DNA of 64,000 bases from Mobula hypostoma (lineage: Eukaryota), in the NCBI RefSeq assembly GCF_963921235.1, contig NC_086108.1, positions 10,974,001-11,038,000 on the forward strand, written 5' to 3'. The first letter of the stretch is position 1. Each line of letters opens with the position of its first letter. Made by a program: the position numbers and the translations under genes. The notes below the pieces were generated by a model that did no database searches, was not told the DNA's origin, and saw only the letters and a list, made by a program, of their open reading frames with translations. Of this stretch, positions 59,727-64,000 are shown one piece after another.

Positions 59727-61743
59727 CCACAAGGATCTGTTCTGGGACCTCTACTTTTCGTGATTTTTATTAACGACCTGGATGTGGGGGTAGAAGGGTG
59801 GGTTGGCAAGTTTGCAGACGACACAAAGGTTGGTGGTGTTGTGGATAGTGTAGAGGATTGTCAAAGGTTGCAGAGAGACATTGATAGGATGCAGAAGTGG
59901 GCTGAGAAGTGGAAGATGGAGAAGTGTGAGGTGGTACACTTTGGAGGGACAAACTACAAGGCAGAGTACAAAGTAAATGGCAGGATACTTGGTAGTGTGG
60001 AGGAGCAGAGGGATCTGGGGGTTCATGTCCACAGATCCCAGAAAGTTGCCTCAAAGGTAGATAGGGTAGTTAAGAAAGCTTATGGGGTGTTAGCTTTCAT
60101 AAGTCAAGGGATAGAGTTTAAGAGTCGCGATGTAATGATGCAACTCTATAAAACTCTGGTTAGGCCACACTTGAAGTACTGTGTCCAGTTCTGGTCACCT
60201 CACTATAGGAAGGATGTGGAAGCATTGGAAAGGGTACAAAGGAGATTTACCAGGATGCTGCCTGGTTTAGAGAGTATGGATTATGATCAGAGATTAAGGG
60301 AGCTAGGGCTTTACTCTTTGGAGAGAAGGAGGGTGAGAGGAGACATGATAGGGGTGTACAAGATAATAAGAGGAATAGATAGAATGGATAGCCAGCACCT
60401 CTTCCCCAGGGCGCCGCTGCTCAATACAAGAGGGCAGGCGGTGACTAGTGGGGTACCGCAAGGCTCAGTGCTGGGACCCCAGTTGTTTACAATATATATT
60501 AGTGACTTGGATGAGGGAATTAAATGCAGCATCTCCAAGTTTGCGGATGACACGAAGCTGGGTGGCAGTGTTAGCTGTGAGGAGGATGCTAAGAGGATGC
60601 AGAGTGACTTGGATAGGTTGGGTGAGTGGGCAAATTCATGGCAGATGCAATTTAATGTGGATAAATGTGAAGTTATCCACTTTGGTGGCAAAAATAGAAA
60701 AAACAGATTATTATCTGAATGGTGGCCGATTAGGAAAAGGGGAGGTGCAACGAGACCTGGGTGTCATTATACACCAGTCATTGAAAGTGGGCATGCAGGT
60801 ACAGCAGGCGGTGAAAAAGGCGAATGGTATGCTGGCATTTATAGCGAGAGGAGTCGAGTACAGGAGCAGGGAGGTACTACTGCAGTTGTACAAGGCCTTG
60901 GTGAGACCACACCTGGAGTATTGTGTGTGGTTTTGGTCCCCTAATCTGAGGAAAGACATCCTTGCCATAGAGGGAGTACAAAGAAGGTTCACCAGATTGA
61001 TTCCTGGGATGGCAGGACTTTCATATGAAGAAAGACTGGATGAACTGGGCTTGTACTCGTTGGAATTTAGAAGATTGAGGGGGGATCTGATTGAAATGTA
61101 TAAAATCCTAAAGGGATTGGACAGGCTAGATGAAGGAAGATTGTTCCCGATGTTGGGGAAGTCCAGAACAAGGGGTCACAGTTTGAGGATAAAGGGGAAG
61201 CCTTTTAGGACTGAGATTAGGAAAAACTTCTTTACACAGAGAGTGGTGAATCTGTGGAATTCTCTGCCACAGGAAACAGTTGAGGCCAGTACATTGGCTA
61301 TATTTAAGAGGGAGTTAGATATGGCCCTTGTGGCTACCGGGATCAGGGGGTATGGAGGGAAGGCTGGGGCGGGGTTCTGAGTTGGATGATCAGCCATGAT
61401 CATAATAAATGGCGGTGCAGGCTAGAAGGGCCGACTGGCCTACTCCTGCACCTATTTTCTATGTTTCTATGTTTCTACGACATGGCTTTAAGGTAAGGGG
61501 TGGGAAGTTCAAGGGGGATATTAGAGGAAGGTTTTTTACTCAGAGAGTGGTTGGTGCGTGGAATGCACTGCCTGAGTCAGTGGTGGAGGCAGATACACTA
61601 GTGAAGTTTAAGAGACAGGTAGTAGACTACTAGACTGGAGGAATTTAAGGTGGGGGGGTTATATGGGAGGCAGGGTTTGAGGGTCGGCACCACATTGTGG
61701 GCCGAAGGGCCTGTAATGTGCTGTACTATTCTATGTTCTATGT
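59727..61743 (+). mobile_element. CR1 subfamily A, 5'-truncated, split by a CR1-B
   Basis: PQGSVLGPLLFVIFINDLD..FADD..LLNTRG, resuming HGFKVRGGKF at about 61480; matches 28800-29527. Confidence 0.93.
60433..61477 (+). mobile_element. CR1 subfamily B, 5'-truncated, nested in CR1-A
   Basis: VTSGVPQGSVLGP..FADD..GYGGKAGAGF; (TTTCTATG)n tail; closely similar to 45758-46751. Confidence 0.95.
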
Positions 61744-62285
61744 TTTACCTTTTCTGAGGTCCACAATCAGTTCTTTGGTCTTACTGATACTGAGTGCAAG
61801 GTTGCTGCTGTGACGCCACTCAATGCCACTCAATGCCTTCTCTTCCCCATCTGAAATTCTGCCAACAATCGTTGTCTCATCGGCAAATTTATAGATGGCA
61901 TTTGAGCTGGCAATGGTGTAGACAGCTTAGAGCAGTGGGCTAAGCACACATCCCTGAGGTGTGCCACTGTTGATTGGCAGCGAGGTGGAGATGTTATTTC
62001 TGATCCACACAGATTGTGGTCTCCCAGTGAGGAAGTCAAGAATCCAGTTGCAAAGTTGCAGTTGCTATTTGTTCTACACGGACTGTACCTACGCAGATCT
62101 TCCTGTGGAAGTTTTGTACAAAATAAAATTTAGAATTATGCAAACTATTCCCGATATTATACTCCCACTGATTCATCAGAGTGTTGACTGTGATTACCCT
62201 AGTTTTGAAATCTTGCACTGTTGAGTTTTCCTTGAAAGCTATCTTGATAATTCCATTTCAGATTTTGAATAACTTATCAAACATA

Positions 62286-62465
62286 CAGTGCCTATAAAAA
62301 GTATTCACCCCCCTTTGAAAGTTTTCATGTTTTATTGCTTTATAACATTGAATCATAGTGGATTTAATGTGGCTTTTTTGACACTGATCAACAGTAAAAG
62401 ACTCTTCTGTGTCAAAGTAAAAACATCTCTACAAAGTGATCTAAATTAATCACAGATGTAAAACA
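62286..62465 (+). mobile_element. Tc1-like transposon terminal fragment
   Basis: TA followed by CAGTGCCTATAAAAAGTATTCACCCCC, a typical vertebrate Tc1 TIR start; no partner TIR seen. Confidence 0.65.
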
Positions 62466-64000
62466 CGAATTAATATAGTTAAATGAAACAGCGTTTCTAC
62501 GGGGCCAAGGTGCAAAACACATTACCAACAGCACACAGCACGCTGTACATGGCACAAATAAGTTTCAAAGTGTACTTGTCATCAAAGTATGTATGCAGTA
62601 TACAACCCTAAGGTTTGTCTTCTCCGCAGACAGCCATGAAGCAAAACCATGGAACCCATTCAAAAAAAACATCAAACCCACGTGCAAAAAGAAAAATAAA
62701 TCTTGCAAATGGCAACAAAAGAAAAACAAGCAAAAACACGCAAAAACACAGAATATAAAACACAAAGTTGAAAGAGCCCATGCATATTCAGTTCCATTTA
62801 GAGTTTGTTATCTGCAGACTGCCCCAGTTCAAAATCTCCCAAAATAGCAACAAAGAAATAAGTGACCAGAAACCAGAACCAGATGATAACTGTTCTGAGA
62901 AGCTCCCAACTGCACCAGCTTCTGGGATTTAGACACGCTAACTCTCCAGAGCAACCATGTTTTGGGCACAAAGAATTCAGTATTTCAAGAGCACCTGAAT
63001 GGAGGTCCGGAGCTCAATGGTAAACCCTGCTGGTGATATCATCTAGCGTTTGTTTTGTGCTCAGTTCTTGATCCAGTCTGATATCGTGCCTTGATCTTTG
63101 CTCCAGCAGTTGGGTCCAAACCATCCTCGTCAAGGACTCTAGCCACAGTAACATGAATTCAAGTCCAATCCACAAACCACATTGATTAAACCTTGCCCAA
63201 GAACTCTGGCACCATCCACTGGCAGCATCAAGGGAAAGAAAGACCATTCAAATGCAGGGACCTTCCTCTGGCAGCAGAGAGCGAGAGGCTGGTCGATGTC
63301 ACTGAACACCCTCTCGCCTTCTGCACTTGCCTCAATGACCTGAATCTTCCTCAGCGCTTTGATAGGTGAGACCAGTGAGAAAAGGAGTCGATCACGGGCT
63401 CACACCCTGTCTTCAGGCCGTACACTTCACACTAAACCTGTCGGAGCACTCTCGGAGACTGCAAAGTGCCAGATCACTCAAATCGGCCCAAAAACACACC
63501 ATCAAAATGTAGAACACAGGCTCCAACAGTAGCAGAGCCATAATTGAAAGAAAAAGAAGACATGAAAGTAGTCTTGTAAACTGCTGGGAGGATGTTGCCC
63601 TCGGTTGTGTTGTTCGTTGACACTATCTTCACCCCTGAAATCATAATCTATGGTTACGCTTTCAGAAAAAGATACATCTAGACCAGAAACATCTACCACC
63701 CTCACAGATGCTGGTCAACCCGCTAAGTTCCTCTCACAATTTGTCTCTGCTGCAGCCTTCAGCAATTGAAATCTCTGCATCTGTTGGTGTAGTGTTGGGG
63801 AGTTTTGATCACTTTATTTTTCTGTGAGAAACACATTTCATACTGATGGTGTCAACCGGAAGATGACAACAAAGAACACAATAGCTCCTGTCAGCAGTGT
63901 GGGCACAATATGTAAACATTCTAAATGCAAACAGCGATGCTGTGACAGGTACAAAGGCACGAGATGGATTGAAATCGATCCTTGGCTCTGTGGCACAAAT

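Larger units (their letters stand above)
59015..62052 (-). mobile_element. Rex1/Babar-type LINE 3' portion, interrupted at about 59727-61743
   Basis: ERVSNFKFLGVIISEDLSW; YKFADETTIV at about 61860-61892. Confidence 0.8.

Noticed and set aside
59721..60944. 407-aa protein with a duplicated RT half as a novel gene
   Set aside because: Explained by a nested CR1-in-CR1 insertion; no ATG start or N-terminal RT motifs

Overview
A eukaryotic, transposon-saturated 64 kb window with no recognisable host protein-coding exon. It is most likely intronic or intergenic DNA from a cartilaginous fish, probably a ray; this is inferred only from the repeat complement. It contains many CR1 LINE fragments (two young subfamilies and one ORF1/SGNH-esterase-only piece), Rex1/Babar-type LINE 3' ends and Penelope-like elements (PLEs) with a GIY-YIG endonuclease. 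There is also one near full-length RTE LINE with a TSD, RTE-type non-autonomous elements, tRNA-derived SINEs, solo LTRs, DNA transposon remnants (Chapaev3-like, Tigger/pogo, Tc1) and four minisatellites. The strongest signal is RNA structure. (1) A complete HDV-like double-pseudoknot ribozyme fold starts at the 5' boundary of the RTE element (40166-40449). (2) About ten minimal hammerhead ribozyme motifs lie in PLE termini; the copy at 32986-33019 (minus) keeps both the full core and the palindromic ACGU stem III. (3) One PLE has an inverted two-arm structure with a perfect 15-bp fold-back hairpin at the inversion junction. Several repeat-free, homeodomain-motif-rich islands may be conserved enhancers. 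Family names come from recognising motifs by eye, not from database searches, and the boundaries of old fragments are approximate.
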